Shown: positions 54,856-64,000 of the stretch, piece by piece
Layout of the letters: every line of letters begins with the position of its first letter
Numbering within the stretch: the first letter of the stretch is position 1
Assembly (NCBI GenBank): GCA_016176335.1
Contig: JACOXI010000004.1
Coordinates: 146,303-210,302, forward strand
DNA from: Candidatus Daviesbacteria bacterium
Lineage (GTDB): Bacteria > Patescibacteriota > Microgenomatia > Daviesbacterales > UBA10151
DNA: 64,000 nucleotides
Direction: 5' to 3'
Made by a program: the position numbers and the translations under genes
Notes under the pieces: model-generated
The model's database searches: none
Seen by the model: the letters and a program-made list of their open reading frames with translations, nothing else
What the model was told of the DNA's origin: nothing

Positions 54856-56685
54856 ATGATTATGAATAATATAAGGAATGTGGCAATTATAGCTCATGTT
54901 GATCACGGCAAAACAACTTTAGTTGATGCCTTGCTCCGCCAATCCCAAACTCACCTTTCCAAAGAGGTTCAAGCAAAAGGTGACCTTATAATGGATTCAA
55001 ATGATTTAGAAAGAGAGAGGGGAATTACAATTTTTTCCAAAAACGCTTCCGTAAACTGGAAAGGCACCAAAATTAATATTATTGATACCCCCGGGCATGC
55101 TGATTTTGGAGGAGAGGTGGAAAGGGTGCTAAAGATGGCAGACGGATGCCTTTTGCTTATTGATGCCAAAGAAGGCCCAATGCCCCAGACAAGGTTTGTA
55201 TTAAAAAAAGCCCTTCGGATGGGACACAAAATTATTGTGGTAATAAACAAAATTGATAAGCAGAGCTTGCGACTGCCTGACGGCAATCTTAAGCCTGACG
55301 TTGAGGCTATCAACAAAGTGGTCAATAGGACATTCGATCTATTTTTAGAACTTGGCGCTGATGAGAAAACAGCCTACTTCCCTACTATTTATTCATCCGG
55401 TAAGTTAGGTAAAGCAGGTCTGGGGACAGATCTTTCTAAGATGGATGATATTGCCCCGGTTTTTGATGCAATTTTACAGCATATCCCTCCACCCGCAATT
55501 ACCAGTGATTCTCAAAAATCCTTACAAGTTTTAATTACTTCAACAATTTATGATAATTTTAAAGGAAGAATTGCAACAGGCAGGGTTTATGCGGGAACTA
55601 TCAGAATGGGTCAGGAAGTTGCACATATAACCCGGGATGGTGCGGTAAAAAAGTTCAAATTGACTTCTCTACTTGGATTTGAAGGATTGGATAGGGTTGA
55701 TATTACGAAAGCTTTCGCAGGGGATATTATTGCCCTCTCAGGTATTCCTGATATAACCATTGGAGAAACTCTGGCAGATCCTGATAATCCGGTTGCTTTA
55801 CCGCTTTTAGATATTGAGGAATCAACAGTAAGAATGAAGTTTGGAGTGAATACTTCCCCACTTGCAGGAGTGGAGGGTAAGTTTAAAACCGCCAGACAGA
55901 TTAGGGACAGGCTTTATAAAGCTGCTGAAGCAGATGTGGCTTTGAAAGTGGAAGACGGAGAATCCGGTGATTTACTGGTTTCAGGCAGGGGTGAACTTCA
56001 TTTGGCAATTTTAATTGAGAGACTGCGAAGAGAAGGATACGAATTCCAGGTTGGCAAACCCCAGGTTATTGAAAAAGTAGAAAATGGTAAAACAAAAACT
56101 CCATATGAAAAGCTGGCTTTGGAGGTACCGGAAGAGTTTTCCGGTTCTGTTATGCAAAAAATGGGACTTAGGCATGCCACCCTTTTGGATATGACCACGG
56201 GGAATGGCACAGTATTTTTAGACTTTATTATTGCCACCAAAGAGCTTTTTGGGTACAGGAGCCAATTTGTTACAGATACTAAGGGTCTGGGGACAATCAG
56301 CTCCTCTTTTTTTGAGTATAGGGAAGATTCGGGCGGAAAATTTGAAAGGAGTAACGGGTCCTTGGTTGTACATGAAGATGGCACCACTAAACTATACGCT
56401 CTAACAGGAGCCCAAAGCAAAGGAACTTTGTTTGTAAATCCGGGAACGAAAGTCTATAAAGGGCAGGTGATAGGACAAAATTCAAGGTTAGACGATATCA
56501 GAATAAATGTCTGCAAGGAAAAACAGCAGACAAATCACCGCTCATCTGGTGAGGGTACAGCCGAACACTTTAATACTCCAAAACTTATGAGTTTAGAAAA
56601 TGCCATTGAATATATAGATGATTCGGAGTTAGTTGAAGTAACACCCAATAATATTCGTATCAGAAAAATTGATTTAAACAGATAA
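54856..56685 (+). CDS. typA: Translational GTPase TypA/BipA
   Basis: AHVDHGKTT, ERERGITI, DTPGHADFGGEVER, NKID and SGRGELHL motifs. Confidence 0.97.
   Translation: MIMNNIRNVAIIAHVDHGKTTLVDALLRQSQTHLSKEVQAKGDLIMDSNDLERERGITIFSKNASVNWKGTKINIIDTPGHADFGGEVERVLKMADGCLLLIDAKEGPMPQTRFVLKKALRMGHKIIVVINKIDKQSLRLPDGNLKPDVEAINKVVNRTFDLFLELGADEKTAYFPTIYSSGKLGKAGLGTDLSKMDDIAPVFDAILQHIPPPAITSDSQKSLQVLITSTIYDNFKGRIATGRVYAGTIRMGQEVAHITRDGAVKKFKLTSLLGFEGLDRVDITKAFAGDIIALSGIPDITIGETLADPDNPVALPLLDIEESTVRMKFGVNTSPLAGVEGKFKTARQIRDRLYKAAEADVALKVEDGESGDLLVSGRGELHLAILIERLRREGYEFQVGKPQVIEKVENGKTKTPYEKLALEVPEEFSGSVMQKMGLRHATLLDMTTGNGTVFLDFIIATKELFGYRSQFVTDTKGLGTISSSFFEYREDSGGKFERSNGSLVVHEDGTTKLYALTGAQSKGTLFVNPGTKVYKGQVIGQNSRLDDIRINVCKEKQQTNHRSSGEGTAEHFNTPKLMSLENAIEYIDDSELVEVTPNNIRIRKIDLNR
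55257..55294 (+). repeat. 33-bp in-frame insertion in typA with a TAAGC direct repeat
   Basis: TAAGC-agagcttgcgac-tgcc-tgac-ggca-atct-TAAGC adds QSLRLPDGNLK after NKIDK. Confidence 0.7.
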
Positions 56686-56702
56686 ACCAAATTTAATGCT
56701 TT

Positions 56703-58076
56703 TCAACGTCGGAGATTGATCTCCAAGACTTTGTCCAGTCTGCTCTTTACCCTTTTTGTGTAAACCACATTATATTTGGGGAAGTATAAAAAGGTAGCCG
56801 GAGCATCTTCCAAGAGAGTTTTTTGAAAATCAAAATACAAACTTTTTCTTTCTGCCTCAACTATCACTTTCCTGCCGTCCTCCAAATCCTTGTCAACTCT
56901 TTTTGAATCATACTTAGTTAAATTGGTTTTTGTTTGGGTGGCATGCCACAAGAGATATTGATCAGGATCGGTAGGAATGCTTTGCGTAATTAAAAGTGCT
57001 TGAAAGTTTTGCGGTATGCCGGATTCAATCCGCAGCTTCACATCAAATCCCAGGGTTTGCCATCTTTCAACCACCGCTCTACCTATATCCTCCAGATTGG
57101 GAGTAGCTGTTAAAATAATCTCCGCCTTCAGCATATCCTTGGCTAAGGCAGATTTGGCCCGATCTAAAGCAGCCTCTGCCTCTTGGGTATTAGATAAGTA
57201 TTTTTTTGCGGAAGCATCATAGGCCCAAAAAGTAGGAGGATAAGGATTGTTGGCTTCGATCTTGTCCGCAATTTTGGGTGTGATATAACTTAAAGCCTGA
57301 CGTAAAGATCTGTTGGATAATAAGGAATCGTTTGTATTAAATAAAATCGAAACAATTTTTGTGAAATCCGGACTTTGCGATATATTGACTTTGGGATTTT
57401 CCGAAAATAGTTTTGGGTTTGATATACCCATAATTGAGGAAACCTCACCCAGATTAAAACCGGTTATGGCCACTTTTTCATTAGGGTAAAAACGGATCTG
57501 GACCATCGGCAGGTTCGGATTATTACTCTCCAAGACAATTTTAGTGATAAAAATTCTGCTCTTTTCAGTCCTAGTTACTTGATATGGACCTGTTCCAATC
57601 AACGATCCTTTTTTGAAAACAGGTTGTGTCAAAAGCGATGGAAGAGGAGAGTAGGACTCTTTTAGGTTGAACTGAATAGTTTTTTCGTCCGGGAAAGTGA
57701 CTTCTGTATTGGGGATATTAAAAATAATGTCCGAAGCTTGTATAGGTGTGCCGTCACTCCACAAAAGACCATCCTTAAGCCTGAATCTAAATTCGGTGGC
57801 GCTATTATTTATTTCCCAGTCTGTCACAATATTCGGTTTGACCCTACCGTTTTCATCTGTTGTAACCAAACTTTCCGAAATGAGTTTGGTAACCTCCAAA
57901 GGTATATCGTGTTCTTGGTATGTTCCTATTAGACCAATTCTCACCATATTTGTCGGATAAAAAAAGCTAAATTTAAATTGCAATAAAAAAATCGCAGCAA
58001 AGAAGATTAAACCAAACCAAAACCAACCAATGTGTCTTCTGATGACTTCCAAAACAATTAGTATCCAAACTTTCAT
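56703..58076 (-). CDS. ABC transporter substrate-binding protein (family 5, OppA-like)
   Basis: WSDGTPIQASDI, IGTGPY, LRQALS and EDAPATFLY motifs. Confidence 0.88.
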   Translation of the reverse strand: MKVWILIVLEVIRRHIGWFWFGLIFFAAIFLLQFKFSFFYPTNMVRIGLIGTYQEHDIPLEVTKLISESLVTTDENGRVKPNIVTDWEINNSATEFRFRLKDGLLWSDGTPIQASDIIFNIPNTEVTFPDEKTIQFNLKESYSPLPSLLTQPVFKKGSLIGTGPYQVTRTEKSRIFITKIVLESNNPNLPMVQIRFYPNEKVAITGFNLGEVSSIMGISNPKLFSENPKVNISQSPDFTKIVSILFNTNDSLLSNRSLRQALSYITPKIADKIEANNPYPPTFWAYDASAKKYLSNTQEAEAALDRAKSALAKDMLKAEIILTATPNLEDIGRAVVERWQTLGFDVKLRIESGIPQNFQALLITQSIPTDPDQYLLWHATQTKTNLTKYDSKRVDKDLEDGRKVIVEAERKSLYFDFQKTLLEDAPATFLYFPKYNVVYTKRVKSRLDKVLEINLRR

Positions 58077-58077
58077 T

Positions 58078-58293
58078 TTATATGATAAGACCGATTAGGG
58101 AGGCTAATATAAAAATACCGGAAAGGGCAATGGTTGCATAAAAAAGCAATTTCTCCGCCCCCCGTTTAGTTCGGTAGAAAGAAAGATCACCCCCAAAAGC
58201 AGTGCCAATTCCAGACCCTTTTTGCTGGATAATGATCACTAAAATAAGCAAAATTCCCAAAATAATTTGAATAATAAAAATTACAGATTTCAC
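58078..58293 (-). CDS. secG: Preprotein translocase subunit SecG
   Basis: IIIQQKGSGIGTAFGG and RGAEKLL; two TM segments. Confidence 0.93.
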   Translation of the reverse strand: MKSVIFIIQIILGILLILVIIIQQKGSGIGTAFGGDLSFYRTKRGAEKLLFYATIALSGIFILASLIGLII

Positions 58294-58355
58294 GAAGATA
58301 ACATTATATCACGAAGTAATACAAGCTTTGCGAAGTAAGGGGCTTATACCATTAA

Positions 58356-58754
58356 TTAGCGGGACAACCACTGCAGGAAATGGGTGATAAAGCCAATTAA
58401 AAGTGATGCTAAAACAGCCACCCAAAAAGTGGAAAGGTCTAAAGAGGGAATAATAAATCCCCCAATTGTGCCGCCAGGATAAAAGTATGGCAATAATTTA
58501 AAATCGGAAATGGTAGTTAGTGCGAATAGTGCCACTATGTTTGTTACCCAAGCAAATAAACCCAAAGTCAAAAGATTAAGTGGTAAAAGCAGTACTTTAA
58601 GAAGGGGCACTAAAATAAGATTAATAACCATAAAGGCAAATGAGGCGATAAAAAGACTCTTTACTCCGCCTGAATAGCTTAAACCGGGGATCAACCTTGT
58701 TGTTATCCAAAGAGATGTCAAGTTAATAAGAAAGTAGCGAAGTAGTGTTTTCAT
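58356..58754 (-). CDS. YvlD/DUF360 (4-TMS holin-like) membrane protein
   Basis: PLLKVLLLPLNLLTLGLFAWVTN motif. Confidence 0.85.
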   Translation of the reverse strand: MKTLLRYFLINLTSLWITTRLIPGLSYSGGVKSLFIASFAFMVINLILVPLLKVLLLPLNLLTLGLFAWVTNIVALFALTTISDFKLLPYFYPGGTIGGFIIPSLDLSTFWVAVLASLLIGFITHFLQWLSR

Positions 58755-60004
58755 CCAGTAATTATTGTATCACGCAATTTTCTATGATAACTTATGGCAA
58801 ATCTATGTGCTTCATCCCGTAATTTCTGTAAGAGCTTCAGTGACAAACTTTTTCTTGACAATTTAATAATTTCTCCTTCCGGCGGATATAGCCATTCCAT
58901 ACGTTTTGCCAGGCCAAATACCGGGATTCCGAATTTTACTGCCCTCGCCTGTCCTTTCCCCCCGTCAACTATAATTAAATCAGGAGTAGGCCATTCTTTG
59001 TGATTTAATCGGCGTCTGATTATTTCTCCCATCATCCCTGTATCATTAGGCTTTGAATTCATGCGAATCCTAAATTTTCTGTACTGGGATTTATCTATCT
59101 CACCCGAGGATATAACCACCATTGAACCGACAGCCTCTTTACCCGCTATATTGGAAATATCATATCCTTCAATCCTATGGGGTAATTTAGGCAAGTTCAA
59201 ATCTGTTTGCAGCTGCTTTAGCGCAAGTTGTTTCTCCTCTTGTAAAAAATTTGGGTTCTGTAAATACAAATCTGTTCTGTTTGGTTGGGTTAAATATGCA
59301 ATACCTTGAAGCATTCTTTTAATCTTTAGGGCTTGTTCAAACATTTGCTCATCTGATAACCTCATCATATCCAAAGTTAACTCCGACACCAACTTCCTCT
59401 TTTTCCCATCCATGAATTTGGAAAACCTATTAATAATTTTGCCATAATCTTGTTTGTTGATTAGTCCAACACAGGCCCCCGGACAAAGTCCCAAGTGATA
59501 GTAAAAACACGGACGGAACCGTGTTTTGCGATAACAAGGATTAGAACACCATGGAAAAACTTTTCTTAACTGTTTTAAAGTATCCCAAACATTCCTGCTT
59601 GATGGAAATGGCCCCCAATATTTTTCTGTTTTTTCCAAATCAGGTTTTCTGGCGGTAATGACTTTTGGAAAGAATTCTCTGGTAATGGCTATGTACAAAT
59701 AATCCTTATCATCGGTCAGTCTGACATTAAAAGGAGGTCTGCATTTCTTGATTAAGTTTGCCTCCAGGATCAATGCTTCCAATTCCGACTCAACCACAAT
59801 AGTTTCTAAAGATGCTATCTCCAAAATCATAGCTTTGGACTTGATGTTCCCATATGACGAGCGGGAATTCGAAAAATATGAGGCCACCCGATGGTAGAGT
59901 TCGATTGCCTTACCCACATATATCACATCGCCTCTCTTATCCTTAAAGATATATACTCCACTCTTGTGGGGCAATTTAGACCGGTCTAAAAAATTCGGAA
60001 GCAT
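58751..60004 (-). CDS. uvrC: Excinuclease ABC subunit C (no C-terminal HhH)
   Basis: GIY-YIG GVYIF..YVGKA, EALILEANLIK, IEGYDIS, IVDGGKGQ and RDEAHRFAI motifs. Confidence 0.93.
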   Translation of the reverse strand: MLPNFLDRSKLPHKSGVYIFKDKRGDVIYVGKAIELYHRVASYFSNSRSSYGNIKSKAMILEIASLETIVVESELEALILEANLIKKCRPPFNVRLTDDKDYLYIAITREFFPKVITARKPDLEKTEKYWGPFPSSRNVWDTLKQLRKVFPWCSNPCYRKTRFRPCFYYHLGLCPGACVGLINKQDYGKIINRFSKFMDGKKRKLVSELTLDMMRLSDEQMFEQALKIKRMLQGIAYLTQPNRTDLYLQNPNFLQEEKQLALKQLQTDLNLPKLPHRIEGYDISNIAGKEAVGSMVVISSGEIDKSQYRKFRIRMNSKPNDTGMMGEIIRRRLNHKEWPTPDLIIVDGGKGQARAVKFGIPVFGLAKRMEWLYPPEGEIIKLSRKSLSLKLLQKLRDEAHRFAISYHRKLRDTIITG

Positions 60005-60005
60005 A

Positions 60006-61898
60006 TTATTTTTTTTGAGACTTTTTTAAAAACCTTCTTCGGTAGAGAAGAACAGCCAATATAGCCCCGTATAAAATGACCATAGCCAAAACTATTCCCA
60101 TTGCAAAAAGCGGTATTGTTTGAAAAAGAAAGAATGGTTCAACTGAAAGCCCTTTCGTAAATTTCATACTACCTACATAAACTGCAATCTCATCATCAAA
60201 TTTATCAAACAGTGATTTGGTGCGGATATTATATTCAAAGGTGACCATACCAAATGCCGGGATTGGACCTAAATTCTTACTAAGGGAGTCCAAAATGCTA
60301 ATTTTTTTACTACCTACCGCAAAAGCTGCTGAAGGAAAAACAGCATTGCCTGAATTTGTAATGTTAACCTTTATTTTTGAGGGGAATCCCGCAAAAATGG
60401 TTTTTGGTACATCAATTTGTACTCCGATTGCAGGTTTGCCTAAAAAATCAACATCAGTCAAAGAAACTTTGACATCATGGGAATCTTGCCCAATATATTT
60501 GTATGATCCTGCAGGCACCGGTTGCTCCGAAGAAGCACCTCTTATTGCAAAAACAAAGTGATTTAGATCCAACTTATTAAAGTAATCTACTCCTCCTGTG
60601 GTGTTCTCCCAAGTCGGGTCAACCATTACCCAACCTTTTCTCTCATTCCAGTATTCCGGCCAAGCGTGTAATACATCTTTAGTCAGGGATAGCGGTCGTA
60701 AAGCAGGATTTGCCGTATATGCGAAGCCGTCGAGTTCTCTTGCTGCAATTCCGGCGGCCCGGGCCAATGCTATAAACAAATCTGTAAATTCCATGCAGAC
60801 AGCGGAAGTTGGGTTGGAAAGAACTGTTGTGGCACCTAATCTTTCAATGTTACCCTCCTTAAGTCTTGCAGGGTTGTATTTTAGGGAATTGACAACATAC
60901 CTATAGATAAGTTCTACTTTCTTGGAAGAATCAGCTGGCGGATTGGCACCTAAAATGCCTTCCAATGTTGTCATAATTTGAGGATTATCTTTTTCCCAAT
61001 ACTTTGAGCCTTCAGTATACTTTTTCCTTAAATTTTCACTTATTACCGGTTCTTTGGCTTTGGAGGTGGTGTAAAGTTTTGCGGAACCTAACACTTTAAC
61101 ATCCAATCTCTGACCCCTTGTAAGTTTATACCAGGCCAAATAGTTACCGTCCAAATCTACAGTTACATTAACAGGTGGCGGCGTAATTCTCTGAAATATC
61201 ACGTCCTGAAAAGCTGTATCAGGAGGTAATGCTATGTTTGTCAGGATTGGAACTATATTATTATTCTCAAGATGAAAGGTCAGGTCAAAATCAAACAGTT
61301 GATTGTTCCCGAAACTTGCAGAAACCCCCGCAGTTGCCAGTTGATCTTTGTTGAAGGTAAAAAACACTTTACCGGAACTTGAAGTCTGACTTTTGGGTGT
61401 TGGACTGATTAGGGTTGGCTCACCAAAGCTTTGGGGTACGGACAAGGTTAAGTTGTAATTTTCCAAATTGGAAACTGAAGAAATTCTGGGAGCACGCACT
61501 TCCCAAATCTTGCCAATTCTTTCCGCAAAATCTTTGGATTTAAATTGCAAAGTCCAAGGTATCTCTTTTCCCAAACCTGCCACCTGTTGGTTAAACTTAA
61601 CCGTGATAATTGTTGAGGTATCTTGTAGCTTTGATGATACTTCCAAAGCTCCACCCGGGTCAGAGCCTTTAATGTCAAAAATGTCTGTTGCTCCGATTGT
61701 CAGTTTAAACTCGCTGGCATAATACTGGGAAGTTAAATTACGCAAGGTGACTTTTTCGGTGACAGTTGTGATTCCGTCGGATGAGATGTCATACACCACA
61801 TCATAAGAAGTGGCAAACTCTTGAGCATAAGTTTTTGGGACAAAGAAAAGGGCAAAAAATAAACAAAATACCAACAAAATCTTCTTAAACATTCCCAC
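60006..61898 (-). CDS. Membrane-anchored transglutaminase-like domain protein
   Basis: Signal peptide, triad AVCMEF / HAWPEY / VDPTW, C-terminal TM. Confidence 0.88.
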   Translation of the reverse strand: MGMFKKILLVFCLFFALFFVPKTYAQEFATSYDVVYDISSDGITTVTEKVTLRNLTSQYYASEFKLTIGATDIFDIKGSDPGGALEVSSKLQDTSTIITVKFNQQVAGLGKEIPWTLQFKSKDFAERIGKIWEVRAPRISSVSNLENYNLTLSVPQSFGEPTLISPTPKSQTSSSGKVFFTFNKDQLATAGVSASFGNNQLFDFDLTFHLENNNIVPILTNIALPPDTAFQDVIFQRITPPPVNVTVDLDGNYLAWYKLTRGQRLDVKVLGSAKLYTTSKAKEPVISENLRKKYTEGSKYWEKDNPQIMTTLEGILGANPPADSSKKVELIYRYVVNSLKYNPARLKEGNIERLGATTVLSNPTSAVCMEFTDLFIALARAAGIAARELDGFAYTANPALRPLSLTKDVLHAWPEYWNERKGWVMVDPTWENTTGGVDYFNKLDLNHFVFAIRGASSEQPVPAGSYKYIGQDSHDVKVSLTDVDFLGKPAIGVQIDVPKTIFAGFPSKIKVNITNSGNAVFPSAAFAVGSKKISILDSLSKNLGPIPAFGMVTFEYNIRTKSLFDKFDDEIAVYVGSMKFTKGLSVEPFFLFQTIPLFAMGIVLAMVILYGAILAVLLYRRRFLKKSQKK

Positions 61899-64000
61899 TA
61901 TTGTAACATCTTCCTTGCTAGATATTGGCCTGTGTAAGAGGATTTTATTTTGGCAATATCTTTGGGAGAACCTTCAGCAATAACCTGTCCGCCCTGATCC
62001 CCGCCTTCCGGGCCTAAATCTATTACCCAGTCGGTATTTTTAATTACATCCAAATTATGCTCAATAATAATTACAGTATTTCCGAAGTTTACTAATTTTC
62101 TTAATATATTTAATAGCCTTTCTATGTCCGCAAAATGCAAACCGGTTGTGGGTTCATCCAGAATATAAATTGTCTGTCCTGTCGGTCTTTTGGAAAGCTC
62201 TGCAGATAGTTTAATTCTTTGGGCTTCACCTCCGGATAAGGTCGGGGCACTCTGGCCCAATTTTATATAACCTAAACCTACATCATCGAGCACTTGAAGT
62301 TTATTTTTAATATTTGGTATATTTTCAAAAAATCCCAAAGCCTCCGCAACGCTCATGATCAAAACCTCGGCTATATTTTTATCTTTGAAATGAATGTCCA
62401 AAGCTTCTCTGTTATATCTTGCACCATTGCAGCCTTCACAAGTCACATACACATCCGGCAAAAATTGCATTTCTATTTTCAGCTGACCTTCACCCTCGCA
62501 AACCTCACACCTACCCCCCTTAACATTAAAAGAAAATCTTCCAGGCCCATAACCTTTGATCTTGGCTTCTCGAGAGGAAGCAAATAAATCTCTGATAAAA
62601 GTAAAAGCCCCGGTGTAGGTGGCCGGATTTGAACGGGGAGTGCGACCAATTGGTGATTGGTCAACCAAAACCACTTTATCTAATAATTCCAACCCTTGCA
62701 ATTCCCGAAAACGGCCAGGTTTTTCTCTGGATCCGTAGATTTTTTGAGCCAAGGCCTTATATAAAATATCGTGTATAAGGGTTGACTTACCTGATCCTGA
62801 AACGCCGGTTATTGCAATAAATTTGCCTAAAGGAAAACTGACATTGATATTTTTTAAATTATGTTCGGCAGCACCCAAAAGTTTTAAATGACCATTTTGA
62901 GTAGATCCTTCGACTCGTCTTCGACCCTGAGGCTCAGACCCGAAGGGCTGCGCTCGCTCAGGATGACCTACGGTCACCTGTTTTTTTCCGGAGAGATATT
63001 GCCCTGTCAAAGATCTAGCGCTCTTTTTGATCTCTGAAGATGTTCCTATAGCCACAATTTCCCCTCCATGCTCCCCTGCTCCGGGTCCGATTTCAATCAA
63101 AAGGTCGGAATTTTCCATAGTTTCCGCATCATGTTCATTCACAATCACGGTATTACCCAAATCACGAAGTTTTTTTAAAGTATCAATCAATCTGGAATTA
63201 TCCCGCTGATGCAGTCCGATTGAGGGTTCATCCAAAACATACAGCACTCCTGATAATCCCGACCCGATTTGGGAGGCAAGCCTGATTCTTTGTGATTCTC
63301 CGCCTGCCAAGGTCATAGAAGCTCTGTCCAAAGTTAGATAATCCAACCCTACATTGATTAGAAATTGAATTCTGGATTTAATCTCCTTTAAAATCGGTGT
63401 AGCAATTTGCATTTCCCGATCAGAATAGGAGACATTTTTTACCCATTCCAGTGCTTGAGAAATAGATTGGCTTGTGACTTCCGCAATATTTAATCCTTCT
63501 ATGGTTATGGATAATGCCTCCTCTTTCAACCTTGCTCCGGCGCAACCCGGACAGATTTCTTTCACCATGTATTTTTCAATCTCCGCCTTAACATAATCTG
63601 ATTCGGAACTGTCATATCTTTCTTTAAGATATGACACTAAACCCTGAAAAGTTGAATAAAAATGAGTCCATTTTCCCTGCCTGTTTCTGCCCTCAACTTT
63701 AAACTGTTGTTCCCCTGTCCCCCTAAGCAATACTTTTTTTGCTTCCTCGGGAAATTTTTCCAATCTGGTATTCATATCAAAACCGTACTTTTTTCCCACA
63801 GCCTCAATTACCCTGGTAAACCAGGTTTCATTAGTGGCCAGTTTGCTCATGGGTAAAATGCCTCCCTCTGCAATGGAAAGAATTGGATTCAAAATCGTTG
63901 CCTCGTCAATCAAAAGAAGCGATCCTAAACCGGTGCAAAGGGAACAGGCACCATGAGGTGAATTAAAAGATAAAAGACGGGGCTCAATTTCTGAAAAAGC
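61898..64000 (-). CDS. uvrA: Excinuclease ABC subunit A (5' part outside the window)
   Basis: [45 protein letters not shown] and LSGGEAQRIKL; the frame stays open to the window edge. Confidence 0.97.
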   Translation of the reverse strand, partial: AFSEIEPRLLSFNSPHGACSLCTGLGSLLLIDEATILNPILSIAEGGILPMSKLATNETWFTRVIEAVGKKYGFDMNTRLEKFPEEAKKVLLRGTGEQQFKVEGRNRQGKWTHFYSTFQGLVSYLKERYDSSESDYVKAEIEKYMVKEICPGCAGARLKEEALSITIEGLNIAEVTSQSISQALEWVKNVSYSDREMQIATPILKEIKSRIQFLINVGLDYLTLDRASMTLAGGESQRIRLASQIGSGLSGVLYVLDEPSIGLHQRDNSRLIDTLKKLRDLGNTVIVNEHDAETMENSDLLIEIGPGAGEHGGEIVAIGTSSEIKKSARSLTGQYLSGKKQVTVGHPERAQPFGSEPQGRRRVEGSTQNGHLKLLGAAEHNLKNINVSFPLGKFIAITGVSGSGKSTLIHDILYKALAQKIYGSREKPGRFRELQGLELLDKVVLVDQSPIGRTPRSNPATYTGAFTFIRDLFASSREAKIKGYGPGRFSFNVKGGRCEVCEGEGQLKIEMQFLPDVYVTCEGCNGARYNREALDIHFKDKNIAEVLIMSVAEALGFFENIPNIKNKLQVLDDVGLGYIKLGQSAPTLSGGEAQRIKLSAELSKRPTGQTIYILDEPTTGLHFADIERLLNILRKLVNFGNTVIIIEHNLDVIKNTDWVIDLGPEGGDQGGQVIAEGSPKDIAKIKSSYTGQYLARKMLQ
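62901..62971. repeat. Nested palindromic mini-element in frame in uvrA
   Basis: Minus strand GTCATCCTGAGCG-[..CTTCGGGTCTGAGCCTCAGGGTCGAAG..]-AGTCGAAGGATC, encoding GHPERAQPFGSEPQGRRRVEGS. Confidence 0.85.

Noticed and set aside
58356-58754. Prophage suggested by the holin-like gene
   Set aside because: This family is a common chromosomal membrane protein; it lies between uvrC and secG with no phage genes nearby.
1-64000. Alternative genetic code (UGA=Gly as in Gracilibacteria/SR1)
   Set aside because: Conserved genes are full length under code 11, and several (zwf, queD, GT2, uvrC) end at TGA.

Overview
This is a low-GC chromosomal segment, most likely from a Patescibacteria/CPR (Microgenomates-like) bacterium. 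That assignment is inferred from gene content, near-leaderless gene starts and a tRNA-abutting LAGLIDADG-like ORF, not from a marker gene. The backbone carries 6 tRNAs, purF, zwf/gnd/ROK kinase/cupin PGI, a MacAB-type exporter, dinB, typA, secG, uvrC and part of uvrA. Two accessory loci stand out. (1) An ~11 kb island (43.2-54.7 kb), between a broken IS integrase and tRNA-Lys(CTT), couples a complete preQ0 (7-deazaguanine) pathway (folE2-queD-queE-queC) to a glycosyltransferase, a NodU-type carbamoyltransferase, a divergent SHMT-like PLP enzyme, two methyltransferases, a P-loop kinase, a KsgA/Erm-like methylase and an aldo-keto reductase. There is no tgt/dpdA/queF in the window, so this is a candidate new deazapurine natural-product or modification system. 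(2) A compact type II fatty-acid/polyketide-like cluster (19.7-26.5 kb) contains an AccD-AccA fusion with two 1-nt frameshifts, FabG, an enoyl-reductase-like SDR fused to double hot-dog domains, FabF and a methyltransferase. This is unexpected in a lineage generally described as lacking fatty-acid synthesis. Non-coding signals include two candidate structured sRNAs near tRNA-His, a 46-bp inverted repeat pair, a 45-bp duplication of the dinB 3' end around an orphan pstB, interrupted tRNA 3'-half copies, repeat triads around a Fic gene, and several families of nested palindromic mini-elements inserted in frame in proteins. All calls come from reading motifs by eye; no searches were run.
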